The translations under genes were made by a program, and so were the position numbers. A DNA stretch of 53,553 nucleotides from Limisphaerales bacterium (GTDB taxonomy: Bacteria; Verrucomicrobiota; Verrucomicrobiia; Limisphaerales; SIBE01): the NCBI GenBank assembly GCA_044225505.1, contig JBGAIN010000037.1, positions 1 through 53,553 on the forward strand. The letters are read 5' to 3'. How positions within the stretch are numbered: position 1 is the first letter of the stretch; the number at the start of each line of letters is the position of its first letter. Below, in pieces: positions 1 through 9,254 of this stretch. The notes below the pieces were generated by a model. That model ran no database searches, was not told where the DNA came from, and worked only from the letters and a program-made list of their open reading frames with translations.

Positions 1-70
1 CTAAGGTGAGCAGCATCGCGGCAAGACTTAAAGCGCTACGAGTGCCGTGGGATCGTTGGACAAGTTTCAT
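1..70 (-). CDS. 5' end of an exported protein (runs off the window)
   Basis: Minus-strand ATG at 70 reads MKLVQRSHGTRSALSLAAMLLTL, a signal-peptide-like sequence open to the window edge. Confidence 0.55.
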   Translation of the reverse strand, partial: MKLVQRSHGTRSALSLAAMLLTL

Positions 71-193
71 AGACTCTTCGAGCAGTGACGCATTTCAAAC
101 TCCATGGACGATTTCGAGCTTGGTCGCACCGAAGGCACCACCGGCCAAATGTAAAGCGTCCATTGAACATTAGTGCTTATGAAACATTTGTCT

Positions 194-210
194 ATGATAA
201 TAAAAATCAT
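194..210. promoter_or_regulatory. Fur-box-like inverted repeat
   Basis: ATGATAATAAAAATCAT in an AT-rich patch; 2 mismatches to the 7-1-7 TGATAATnATTATCA consensus; upstream of the gene starting at 70. Confidence 0.4.
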
Positions 211-326
211 TGATGTGCAGTTTGCCCCGGCGTGTCGGAGGCGGTAATCGACGAGACGCCGATGCCTCCGATCGGGGGTGGAGACTGATCCGCGACTCTG
301 GTGAAGGTCCAGCGGTTCGGGGAAAC

Positions 327-1217
327 CTATCGGACGGTTTGGGGAGATTCGGTGCGGTAGTCTACCCAGATGGCGTCGTTCATGAACTCTCTCGCGTAAG
401 CGTACGGCATCGATCCATCCTGCCCTTCACGAGTGGTATTACGAAACAGAAACAGACCTCCGCCAGGTTGCGCCGGGTCGTCCTGATATCCAACCAACAA
501 GATGCTATGGCCATCGCGCACCGCGTCCGCAGTAGCCATTCCCAAAACGCCATTCTCCCAGCGTTCGCTTTTTGGCCATCGAAACCCACTGCAGACCGGC
601 CATTGTTGATGGAGCGTGCGTTTGATCTCGGTGAATTGCGCGTCGGTCAGACCCGTGGTCACGTCCCATGGTTTGATCCAATGCATTTGCAGGTCCAGGC
701 TGAGGCGCGTCTTGGCATCGGCTAACGCTGCGGCAGGGGGCAAGCGGTCCGGCTCGAACACGGATTGATAAGGCATCGTCTCTTCCCGACAAATGCCGTA
801 GGTGGCGAATCCGCTCCAGAGATCAGAGAAGAATCCGCCATCCAGACGATCGCCGGCACGTTGATTGGAAGCCCAGTTCAGGAATTCAATGCTTAGCCGG
901 GTGCCATGATTCTCTTGCTTTGAAGCCGCAAATTCCAGCGCGCCAGCGACGGTAAATGCGGAGCAGGTGGGACGAGTTCCCTGTTGTCGACGGGCTAACC
1001 CCCAACGCTCGAACATCGGACGAAGATCCACCTTTGCGGGCAGCGGCGCTTCCGGGCTGTTGACAGGGGCTGGAGCATCGGCGGCCTGGCTCATCGCACC
1101 AAGGCCAATCATAGCCGCGAGGGTGAAACAACTTGAACGCGCGAGAGTGGCCCGGCAGTGGGTCTGGGAAACAACACGCGCAGCGAAGAACAGAGCGGTC
1201 CGGTTTAGGATGTTCAT
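327..1217 (-). CDS. Papain-like C1 family cysteine peptidase, secreted
   Basis: LPAKVDLRP, QGTRPTCSAF (Gln/Cys), GHSILLVGY (His), FRN (Asn); signal peptide; true start may be downstream. Confidence 0.85.
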   Translation of the reverse strand: MNILNRTALFFAARVVSQTHCRATLARSSCFTLAAMIGLGAMSQAADAPAPVNSPEAPLPAKVDLRPMFERWGLARRQQGTRPTCSAFTVAGALEFAASKQENHGTRLSIEFLNWASNQRAGDRLDGGFFSDLWSGFATYGICREETMPYQSVFEPDRLPPAAALADAKTRLSLDLQMHWIKPWDVTTGLTDAQFTEIKRTLHQQWPVCSGFRWPKSERWENGVLGMATADAVRDGHSILLVGYQDDPAQPGGGLFLFRNTTREGQDGSMPYAYAREFMNDAIWVDYRTESPQTVR

Positions 1218-1273
1218 AGATAAAGCGGCGTCGATCGAGGGTTTGCCATCAAGGAATACGGGTCAACCCGCGG

Positions 1274-2869
1274 TCACGCTGGCTTACGCATGCGTTCGAG
1301 CAGATTGGCTGTGATCCGTTGAGCTCGAAAATCCGGTCCGTGCGGCGTCGTGTAGACGGAGGGACGAACGTATCCGGGAGGGGCCGAAAGCCCGTCGGCC
1401 CACCAACAACTGGATGCGTTAAAAACAAAATTACCTTTCGGCCCGGGATAGATCGTCGCGGTATAGATGCCGCCATTCAACTTGCCGGGAGCGTCTTGGG
1501 TCGGTCCGGTCGCCACCACTTCCAAGCCTGGAATTGATGCAGGATCCCCATGCCATTCCCATCCGACCAAACCGGGGATGCCATCGCCCTGCTTCATGCC
1601 GGTCCCTTCAAAAAGCCAATGGTCAGGTTTGGCACAGATCCAGTCCGCGCCGCCTGTCGTGGGCGGGATATTTCCCGCGCCGACCAGAAGGCTCGAGTTT
1701 GGGCTGGTGTGCGGCAGTTTGGCCATCGACGGGAAGCGTTTGATTTCCGCTTCGTCACGCGGACCGTAGAAATCGACGCGGGAAAAGATGCGATTGGGAT
1801 TGCCAGCGGCGTCAGGCCGCGGATCGATGCGCCCGCAACAAACGTTGCCAGAGAAGAACGCCACGTTCAGGCCGTCGTGGATGGCAGCGCGCAACTGGTC
1901 AAACATCTGAATGGAATAATATTCATCGTGCCCGACGGAGATGAAGCCTTTGGCTCGCCTCAAGCCGGGCGCATCCGTGTGCGTATCCAGGTTGGAAATG
2001 TAACTGACATCGTATCCCTGGGCTTCCATCCAGAAGGCGAGCGGGTATTCCCAGAGAAACCATTCGCCGGAACCTGTGGACAAGGGGGCATCGAGGATTT
2101 GACAGTACTTACCGTAAGGCCGGTTGAAGCTGACGTCGACTCCTGGACCCCAGTACCAGGAGTCGCGTCCGTCGTCATAGAGCGCGAAATGATCCGGCCA
2201 ACGGTTGTAGGCTTGCCAGGTGGTATCCGAGCATTGGAAGAGGTAATCCACGGGACGCTGGTCGCGCACAATAAAGATGACGTAGCTCTGCAGTCCCTCC
2301 CGTTCTGCGGTCAGCTTGCCCAGATAGACCCCGCTCAGCCAATCTGCGGGGATGACGAGGGATACGGTCGGTTCCCAGCGGCAATCGCGAACACGGTTGG
2401 GGCCGACGGGCGGGTCTGCCTGCGTCACACCGCGGAACGGACCGAGCTGCCGCATGTGCCTGGCGCCCGCGCCTCCATAATATCCCATGCGGTAGAGATC
2501 GATCGTGAACGGGGATGCGGGGTTTGTGCTGATATGGAAATCGATCTGCTCTCCTGCCGAAACGCTGGTGCGTGAACAGTATCCCTCGATCCATGGGCAA
2601 CGGTAGAGCGTGGCCGGATCGATCCGCGTCTTTTGCAGGATCCAATCGGTGGTGCCTGGCCGCTCATTCTCGTGTCGAACCGCGTCCGATTGGCGAGGAG
2701 GCCGATCCGTTGGCGCGGAGCCCGCGTCTTGGGCTGCGTTGGGCAGAACTTGAGCGCAAGCTGCGGCCGCGCCAAGGCTGACAGCGCCCTTCAAGATTTC
2801 GCGGCGAGTCCAATCTCGGGGGCCGACGTTGCTGGCACCTGGGCCGCGGCGGGATGCCTTTCGTTTCAT
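1274..2869 (-). CDS. Tat-exported N,N-dimethylformamidase beta-subunit-like protein
   Basis: TRREILKG twin-arginine signal; IEGYCSRTSV, LYRMGYYGG, DTTWQAYN, VSFNRPY, SVGHDEY motifs. Confidence 0.8.
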   Translation of the reverse strand: MKRKASRRGPGASNVGPRDWTRREILKGAVSLGAAAACAQVLPNAAQDAGSAPTDRPPRQSDAVRHENERPGTTDWILQKTRIDPATLYRCPWIEGYCSRTSVSAGEQIDFHISTNPASPFTIDLYRMGYYGGAGARHMRQLGPFRGVTQADPPVGPNRVRDCRWEPTVSLVIPADWLSGVYLGKLTAEREGLQSYVIFIVRDQRPVDYLFQCSDTTWQAYNRWPDHFALYDDGRDSWYWGPGVDVSFNRPYGKYCQILDAPLSTGSGEWFLWEYPLAFWMEAQGYDVSYISNLDTHTDAPGLRRAKGFISVGHDEYYSIQMFDQLRAAIHDGLNVAFFSGNVCCGRIDPRPDAAGNPNRIFSRVDFYGPRDEAEIKRFPSMAKLPHTSPNSSLLVGAGNIPPTTGGADWICAKPDHWLFEGTGMKQGDGIPGLVGWEWHGDPASIPGLEVVATGPTQDAPGKLNGGIYTATIYPGPKGNFVFNASSCWWADGLSAPPGYVRPSVYTTPHGPDFRAQRITANLLERMRKPA

Positions 2870-3110
2870 GCGAAATTAATAGTTTGCTAAGGACTGGCGG
2901 TCGTTTCAACAACAAGCAATCAAAAAGCGTGGCGCGGGTCGAGGTTTCCCAGCGATTTCCTCACGGGCGGGACGGCGCGCGCTCGTCAGGCGTTCGAAGA
3001 ACGATCGGTTTCTGGAGTCGAACTTGGGTCGCGGGAGTATGTTCGCAAGGCATACTCAGCCAAGAAACAAGGTCTTTCTCATGGGTCGAGGTCTTGGGTT
3101 AGCTTTCACC

Positions 3111-3806
3111 ATGATGAAAATTCGAAGATCAGAAGACCGGGGCCAAGCCAACTATGGGTGGTTGAACACACATTACACGTTTAGCTTTGCCAACTATTTC
3201 GACCCGGAGCAAATGGGATTCCGTTCGTTGCGGGTGATTAACGACGATGTGGTGGCGCCAGGGGGTGGGTTTGATAGTCATCCCCACCGCGACATGGAAA
3301 TCATCACGTATATTTTAAGCGGTGCGCTCGAGCACAAGGATTCCATGAAGAACGGACGCGTGATCCGAACGGGCGAGTTTCAATATATGGCTGCAGGGAC
3401 CGGGGTGTTGCACAGTGAGTTTAACCCGTCGCCAACGGATCCAGTGCACTTGCTCCAGATCTGGATTACGCCAGATAAGAAAGGGCTCAAGCCACAGTAC
3501 GCCGAGCGAACGGGCGGGCAGTTGCCCGAAGGGCGGTTGCACCTTGTGGCGTCGAAGGGCGGACGCGACAGTTCGATCGCGATCAACCAGGATGCGGACT
3601 TGTTCCTGGCGAAACTAAGTCCCGGGCAGAGTGTGAAGCACGAACTGCGACCAGGGCGGCATGCATGGTTGCACGTCGCGGAGGGAGAGGTGACGTTGAA
3701 CGGGCAAGGATTGCGTGCGGGAGATGGCGTGGCCATTTCCGAAGAGACGGCGCTCGGATTGACGTCGCAAACACCCTCGCAGGTGCTGTTGTTCGACTTA
3801 AACTGA
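3111..3806 (+). CDS. Pirin family protein (YhhW-like bicupin)
   Basis: GWLNTHYTFSFANY, HPHRDMEIITY, HSEFN, LLQIWI; ATG 3111 preferred over TTG 3024. Confidence 0.92.
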   Translation: MMKIRRSEDRGQANYGWLNTHYTFSFANYFDPEQMGFRSLRVINDDVVAPGGGFDSHPHRDMEIITYILSGALEHKDSMKNGRVIRTGEFQYMAAGTGVLHSEFNPSPTDPVHLLQIWITPDKKGLKPQYAERTGGQLPEGRLHLVASKGGRDSSIAINQDADLFLAKLSPGQSVKHELRPGRHAWLHVAEGEVTLNGQGLRAGDGVAISEETALGLTSQTPSQVLLFDLN

Positions 3807-3807
3807 T

Positions 3808-4312
3808 ATGATGCCCTCTGCTCAGTTTCCGAGTGAACAAAGCGCCGACGGCGAGTTTGACCGGCAGGACGACGCCTATCGCGCCTGGGTTTCTGCGGAT
3901 CAATCCGCGGTTCATCCCCTGGCGCGAGGGCGTTATCATTTATATATCTCGCTGGCCTGCCCATGGGCGTCGAGAGCCTTGATCGTATTGAAACTCAAGC
4001 GCCTGGAAGGGGCGGTCGGGGTGACGATGGTGGATCCGGTGCGCGACGGGCGCGGGTGGGCCTTCCGTGAAGGTCCAGGCCATGGACCCGATCCCGTCGA
4101 GGGATTCCAGTTCTTACGCGCAGCTTACGCGCGGACGGATCCCGGTTACACCGGCCGCGCGACGGTGCCAGTGCTTTGGGATAAACAGAATCACCGAGCA
4201 GATCAACCCCACCCGTATCGTGCCGATCGGTCCGATCCTCGATAGGACGCAACCTCATGGTCGGGAGGCGCTGCACAGGACATCTTCAGTGGCTTCCGAG
4301 AGACTGGAATGA
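3808..4312 (+). pseudogene. yqjG: Glutathionyl-hydroquinone reductase (YqjG/ECM4 type) with internal deletion and frameshift
   Basis: N-terminal RYHLYISLACPWA...VPVLWDKQ (to ~4188) joined directly, in another frame, to the family C-terminus INPTRIVPIGP (from 4202); the middle of the protein is missing. Confidence 0.8.
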
Positions 4313-4424
4313 TCCGGTTGGGTTAGCGCTTGAATATTGGCTCGGGCGCGTCTGGTTGGCCACGGGGTCACGATCTCCAAGATGAAGTCGGAACGAATCC
4401 CTGGGAAAACAGTCTAAGACCCAT

Positions 4425-5564
4425 ATGAAGACGTCCTGTATCCTGGTGGCGATTTTGACAGCGTGGAGTGTCGGGCAAGCGTTGGCCGCAGAACTCCAGC
4501 CGTCGAGCCACTCGCTGCCTGACGACCCAGCGGCAGCGTGGGAGCAAGTCAGTCAAGTGCACCAAGCTCTGCGACCACCCGCGGAATGGAAAAACCGGAC
4601 GCCCAGTCCGGACGAGGTGGCGAAGTTCCAGGAACAAGTCCGCCGCGATATGAAATCTTTCGCCGCCCGAGCCCGCGAATTCGCGATTCGGTGGCCGACC
4701 AATGAGAATGCCAGAGACGCGCGTATCACGGTTGCCTACGCGCTAACTCATGCCGTGGCGGCCGGCGACTCCGATGCGGAAAAGGAGATCCAAACTTTTC
4801 AAGCGGAGGTCCTGAGGAATAAGGCGCTGCCCGAAGACGACCATGTGGCGGTCGTCATGTATGCGGGCAATGCCGCATTCATGAAGAAGCTGGGAATGCG
4901 TCTTTTTACCGAGGGCATGATGAAGTTTAACGACGAGTTCGAAAGTAACAGCCTCGAAGTCATGCGCGCCACCCTGAATCAATTCCCAACCAACGGTATG
5001 ATCTTCACGATGCTCGTTGCGGTGGCACAACGCTCCGATGACGCCCGAAAACGGACTTTGGCCAAAGAAATCATCGCCAGGCCGGGAGCGCCGCCCGGTG
5101 TGAAGGCCCTGGCCACGCATTTGTTGAATGGGACCCAACCTTATGAAATCGGCAAACCGGTCGATATCCAATTTACCGCACTGGATGGGCGGCCCGTCGA
5201 TTTGCGCAAAATGAAGGGCAAAGTAACCCTCGTGGAATTCTGGTCAACCTCTTGCGGGCCGTGCATCGCGGAAATGCCAACCGTCAAGGCTGCTTACGAA
5301 AAACTGCACGAACGCGGGTTCGAAGTGGTGGGGATTAGTCTCGATGACAAGGAGTCCGTCCTGCGCCGGTTTATCGAGGAAAAGAAACTTCCGTGGCCGC
5401 AGCACTTTGATGGTAAAGGTTGGGAGAATCAGTTTGCACTGCGTTACGGAATTTTTGCGATCCCAACGACTTGGCTGATCGATAAAAGGGGCAACCTACG
5501 ATCCACCGAGGCTCGCGGAGATCTTGAGCGGTCCGTGCAAGGGCTGCTGGCGGAAGCTCCTTAA
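4425..5564 (+). CDS. TlpA/ResA-like thioredoxin-fold disulfide reductase with N-terminal helical extension
   Basis: Signal peptide; KGKVTLVEFWSTSCGPC, FEVVGISLD, IPTTWLID. Confidence 0.88.
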   Translation: MKTSCILVAILTAWSVGQALAAELQPSSHSLPDDPAAAWEQVSQVHQALRPPAEWKNRTPSPDEVAKFQEQVRRDMKSFAARAREFAIRWPTNENARDARITVAYALTHAVAAGDSDAEKEIQTFQAEVLRNKALPEDDHVAVVMYAGNAAFMKKLGMRLFTEGMMKFNDEFESNSLEVMRATLNQFPTNGMIFTMLVAVAQRSDDARKRTLAKEIIARPGAPPGVKALATHLLNGTQPYEIGKPVDIQFTALDGRPVDLRKMKGKVTLVEFWSTSCGPCIAEMPTVKAAYEKLHERGFEVVGISLDDKESVLRRFIEEKKLPWPQHFDGKGWENQFALRYGIFAIPTTWLIDKRGNLRSTEARGDLERSVQGLLAEAP

Positions 5565-5672
5565 GGATGGCTTCGCCGAAAGGGCGATCGTCTCGAAGCT
5601 CGAGATTGTGAGCGCAGGCGTGACGCGAGAGGAGCTTTTGACAGCGACGCTGCCTGTTTCTACAATCGGAGC

Positions 5673-7847
5673 GTGAAAGCCCTGCAGGTCTTCTGGATCA
5701 TAAGCCTTTGGTGTGTCATGGCCGTGGAGCCGCTTTCGGCTGAGTCCGGGCCGCGGATACCCCAGGGAACTGCCCGATACATCTGCGCCGAGAACGGGAC
5801 ACTGCCAGGATCGGCCGTGCACGACTTCATCGTGACCTGGGGAACAGAGGATGCCGCCCATCCCACATCCACGCGATGGTTGCAGCTCCAGGCGACCAAG
5901 GCCAGTGGAGAACGCTATCAATTCTGGTTGCTCTCAGACGGTTATCCAGCAGAGACTCTTGTCGAAGCACAAAAGCAATCCCGCCGTTTCCTCGTGCAGT
6001 TCGGTAAGACGCCGGTGGTGGAGTTCCAAGATCGCTTCACCAAACAAGCGGTCCTTCCGTCCGTGGGAGGGTGGCGTTTCCTTATCCCGCGAGCGAAGCC
6101 ATCGACCGGCGCCGAAAAGTCACCAGGCGCATTCCCGCGGGAGGTCGCATTCCTTGGTTTGAACTACAGGTTGGAAGATGAAGCAACTTCGCCCAGCCCT
6201 AGTGTGCCAGTGGCTTCACGGATTGTCTTCTTACTCCCCAACGTGATGGTCGGCGTCCCAAGCAACATGCGTCAGAAGGATCCGACGCGTCGTTACGATG
6301 GTTCAGAATACGACCTTGTTCGGTTGGAGCGGGCGGACTATCGCGAAATGGCCGAGGCTGGGATGAACTGTTTCCGCGTTGATAAGAACCAGTTGCCCTT
6401 CGTGATGGATTTGGATGTGTTTTATTGGGGGATTCGGCCGAATGAATTGTCCTTCCCGGAATCGTTATATGACCCCCGGTACTTGGGCCCAAGTCTGTTC
6501 CTGGACGAGCCGGCCGTTGGCACCCGCGATTCCGTCCTTCGTCCGAAGCTGGCCCGGGACGCCGAATTCCGAAAGTCGCTCGATCCAGCGACGGCGTTCG
6601 ATGCGTTTCGCGAGCACTATCGTGAAGCTTGGGAGCATGGAGCGGCGACGAGTTTAATGCAGGCTTTGGAGTCATGGTCCGAGGTTAAGCTCGGGCAAAT
6701 GCGATTCCCGCAGGAGAACCTCTATAGCTGGGAGACGATGGTGAGCACGGCGGCCTATCAGTTAGCGCAAGATCGAGCGGTTCCCGCCGCCATCGTTTTC
6801 GAACCTCCGGGACGGGTGGGCACTCGACGGACCGTTCCCGAGCTCGACATGACTTACGGTTGCCAGATCCCTGTCGAAAATCCTCATTACTTCATCGATA
6901 TCATTTATGGGTTTTTGCGGGGCGCTGCCCGGCTCACGGACAAAGCATGGGGCACGAGCATTTATGGGGCGGTCGATCGAACGGACGCGTTCACGTTCTT
7001 AAGCCGCGCCTACGACTTGGGCGCCACGCGTTTCTTTTTTTGGGATAACGCCCAACTGGCGTGCGTTCCTTATCCAGAATGTTTGGCGCTGGCGCGAGCT
7101 GTACGCATGCGCGCGGAGAATCATCCCGACCGCGACGTGACGAGGCTTCGACAGGCAGGGGAGGTGGCCATCCTGTTGCCGGCCGGATACAATCTGGGCC
7201 ACGTGGCGCTGGGCAAAGGAAATCTTTGGGGGCTAAGCGAGTTGAATCTGGAGCGGACAAACGGGAGTGGGGTGCCTTACCGGCTGGTGATGGCCAATTT
7301 CTTTTCCGAGATCGAGCGTTGCCTGCGTCTGGGCATCGCGTTCGATTTGCTCGGCGAATTCCCGGGCGTGCAACCGGCAGGATATCGGGAGATCGTGCGG
7401 ATTCGAGAAGATGGCAAGGTGGAGATCGGCACAGGTGACAAACGCACGGTTTTGGAGCACGCGCGCCATGCAGAACGACCGGACGGGGACGGGCCAGACT
7501 TGCGCGTGACGTTGTCCAAGGCAGACGGGAAAGCGCCTTTGAACATCAAGGCCGAAGCCGTCGTTACCGAAACCAGCGCTCCCGTTTATTACACCTTGGG
7601 CACCGACGCTCGGGGAGTCTATCGCAACGCTGCCGTGGCCTGGGAATTGTACGGGCCAACGGAGTTGGACCATCGCTTTTTATCTTCGCCGAACATTCCC
7701 CCCGAAGCCGTCCGAGCGGGTCAGCAACTGTCGGTTACCACCGAAATCCACCTGGCTCGCCCGGGGAATTATCGATTGCGGACTGCCACGGTCGATTTGG
7801 CTGGGCGTAGCTCGGTGCGCTGGTCAACGATCCGCGTCAGCGAGTGA
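5673..7847 (+). CDS. Secreted hypothetical protein, possible TIM-barrel glycoside hydrolase-like core
   Basis: 724 aa, GTG start, signal peptide; AGMNCF, LFLDEP, WGTSIYG, FFFWD; beta-rich C-terminus. Confidence 0.6.
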   Translation: MKALQVFWIISLWCVMAVEPLSAESGPRIPQGTARYICAENGTLPGSAVHDFIVTWGTEDAAHPTSTRWLQLQATKASGERYQFWLLSDGYPAETLVEAQKQSRRFLVQFGKTPVVEFQDRFTKQAVLPSVGGWRFLIPRAKPSTGAEKSPGAFPREVAFLGLNYRLEDEATSPSPSVPVASRIVFLLPNVMVGVPSNMRQKDPTRRYDGSEYDLVRLERADYREMAEAGMNCFRVDKNQLPFVMDLDVFYWGIRPNELSFPESLYDPRYLGPSLFLDEPAVGTRDSVLRPKLARDAEFRKSLDPATAFDAFREHYREAWEHGAATSLMQALESWSEVKLGQMRFPQENLYSWETMVSTAAYQLAQDRAVPAAIVFEPPGRVGTRRTVPELDMTYGCQIPVENPHYFIDIIYGFLRGAARLTDKAWGTSIYGAVDRTDAFTFLSRAYDLGATRFFFWDNAQLACVPYPECLALARAVRMRAENHPDRDVTRLRQAGEVAILLPAGYNLGHVALGKGNLWGLSELNLERTNGSGVPYRLVMANFFSEIERCLRLGIAFDLLGEFPGVQPAGYREIVRIREDGKVEIGTGDKRTVLEHARHAERPDGDGPDLRVTLSKADGKAPLNIKAEAVVTETSAPVYYTLGTDARGVYRNAAVAWELYGPTELDHRFLSSPNIPPEAVRAGQQLSVTTEIHLARPGNYRLRTATVDLAGRSSVRWSTIRVSE

Positions 7848-7869
7848 TGGTCCCATCCGAGTCGATGGC

Positions 7870-8742
7870 TCAGGACGCGCGGCGGTTGGCCCGCCATTGC
7901 GTTGGAGACGCGTTTTCAAATCGACGAAAGGTCCGATTAAAATGCTGGATGCTGCCAAAGCCGCAGTCGAATGCGATTTCAGCGCACGTTTTCTCATTCT
8001 GCTGCAGGAGCTGCCGGGCTCGAGCAATGCGCCGGCGTAAAATGAAACCGACAACCGTCGTATTCACTTCTTTGCGAAAGAACCGCATTAGCGAGCGAGT
8101 AGAGAGGTTGGCTGCTCGCGCCACATCGGCAATGGTCAGGCGTTCTGGCAAATGCGCTTCAATGAAGGTCATCGCCCGGCCCAAGGCCGCGTGCGTTTGC
8201 CCAGGTTCGGTCCGGAGTTCCCGTTCGTCCGCGTGGGCCAGCCGCGTCGCAATCAGTTCCAGGAGATCGAGCAGATCGTCCTGCCGCGCGGGTTCGAGCA
8301 CGCGATTCCGATAGAAAAGGGAACGAAGCAAGGGCGCTCGGATCCCAGCACTGGCCAGGGAAACACGCGCCTCGTTCCACTCCGTAGACGCGGGAGCGCG
8401 GTCGTGGACCTGCCCGCACTGCAGGAGGGCGATGATTTGTCCTTCGCGAATGACCGGAATAATAAACTCGCGCAGTCCAGCGTGACAGCGGTAGCGGAGC
8501 GATTGAGCTCCACGGCGTGCCGCGAGAAACTTCGACTGATCGCACATGGCGCACAGTTGCGGGCCCCCCGGAAAGCTTTGCAAAGCGCCGCAGAACGGCT
8601 GGGCTCGAGCTTCCTTCTCAAAGAGAATCAAGCGGCGACCGTCCATTGAAACCAGGGCAGGATTAACCCCAAAGGTGCGCCAGGCCAGATCAAATAGGCG
8701 GCGCAGGCCGGGAAGAGACGCCAATTGGTCAAAGGAATCCAT
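7870..8742 (-). CDS. AraC family regulator with PocR sensor domain
   Basis: FC..LQ, CAMCD, YRCHAGLREFIIPV, GQV (PocR); EIAFDCGFGSIQHFNRTFRR..SPTQWR (AraC HTH). Confidence 0.9.
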   Translation of the reverse strand: MDSFDQLASLPGLRRLFDLAWRTFGVNPALVSMDGRRLILFEKEARAQPFCGALQSFPGGPQLCAMCDQSKFLAARRGAQSLRYRCHAGLREFIIPVIREGQIIALLQCGQVHDRAPASTEWNEARVSLASAGIRAPLLRSLFYRNRVLEPARQDDLLDLLELIATRLAHADERELRTEPGQTHAALGRAMTFIEAHLPERLTIADVARAANLSTRSLMRFFRKEVNTTVVGFILRRRIARARQLLQQNEKTCAEIAFDCGFGSIQHFNRTFRRFENASPTQWRANRRAS

Positions 8743-9042
8743 CGCCCGGTTGGGATTTAACGCGGGATTCGTGCGATGACAAGCAGGGAAAAAGCGTGGC
8801 GAGATTGGTTAATATTCGTGCGGCTTGGAAATCGTTGCCTCTTCGCTAGTTCGGGACCCAAGGGCGCGACCTCGGACGCGGCCGCGCGACCTCGGACTCT
8901 GGCGACGTTCGCGAGATCGTGCATACGCAGAGGAGGAGGCAAATCGGGCAAGCGCTCGATGTCAATGCCACCGCGGGCGCGCGAGCGAAGAGAACGAGAC
9001 TTTGCAAGGGGCCAGGTCAGCCGCGTAACGGACGGGATCACG

Positions 9043-9082
9043 TTGGCAGAATCCGTTCAGGGTTTGGCGGAAGAGGTGTAGT
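9043..9082. promoter_or_regulatory. Candidate AraC tandem direct-repeat site
   Basis: TTGGCAGAAT (9043) and TTGGCGGAAG (9064), 21 bp apart, in the divergent intergenic region; a related TGGCGAGAT occurs near 8797. Confidence 0.4.
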
Positions 9083-9254
9083 CACGGAGCGATCGAGGCG
9101 GCAGGCTGAGCCACCAGAGAGATCAAGGCTTGAAACTCGAGTCGCCAGCGGGTTTTAGATTGGAGCCAAGAGGAAAATGAGGGCGCCGCATGGGACCGCA
9201 GGCCTGAGTGGACTGCTCCCAGAGACGACGCAGTCCAGGCAGCATTCTACACCT

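Noticed and set aside
8743..9254. Riboswitch or sRNA in long intergenic regions (also 21766-22028, 46682-47025)
   Set aside because: No recognisable conserved motif by eye; an Rfam/Infernal scan would be needed
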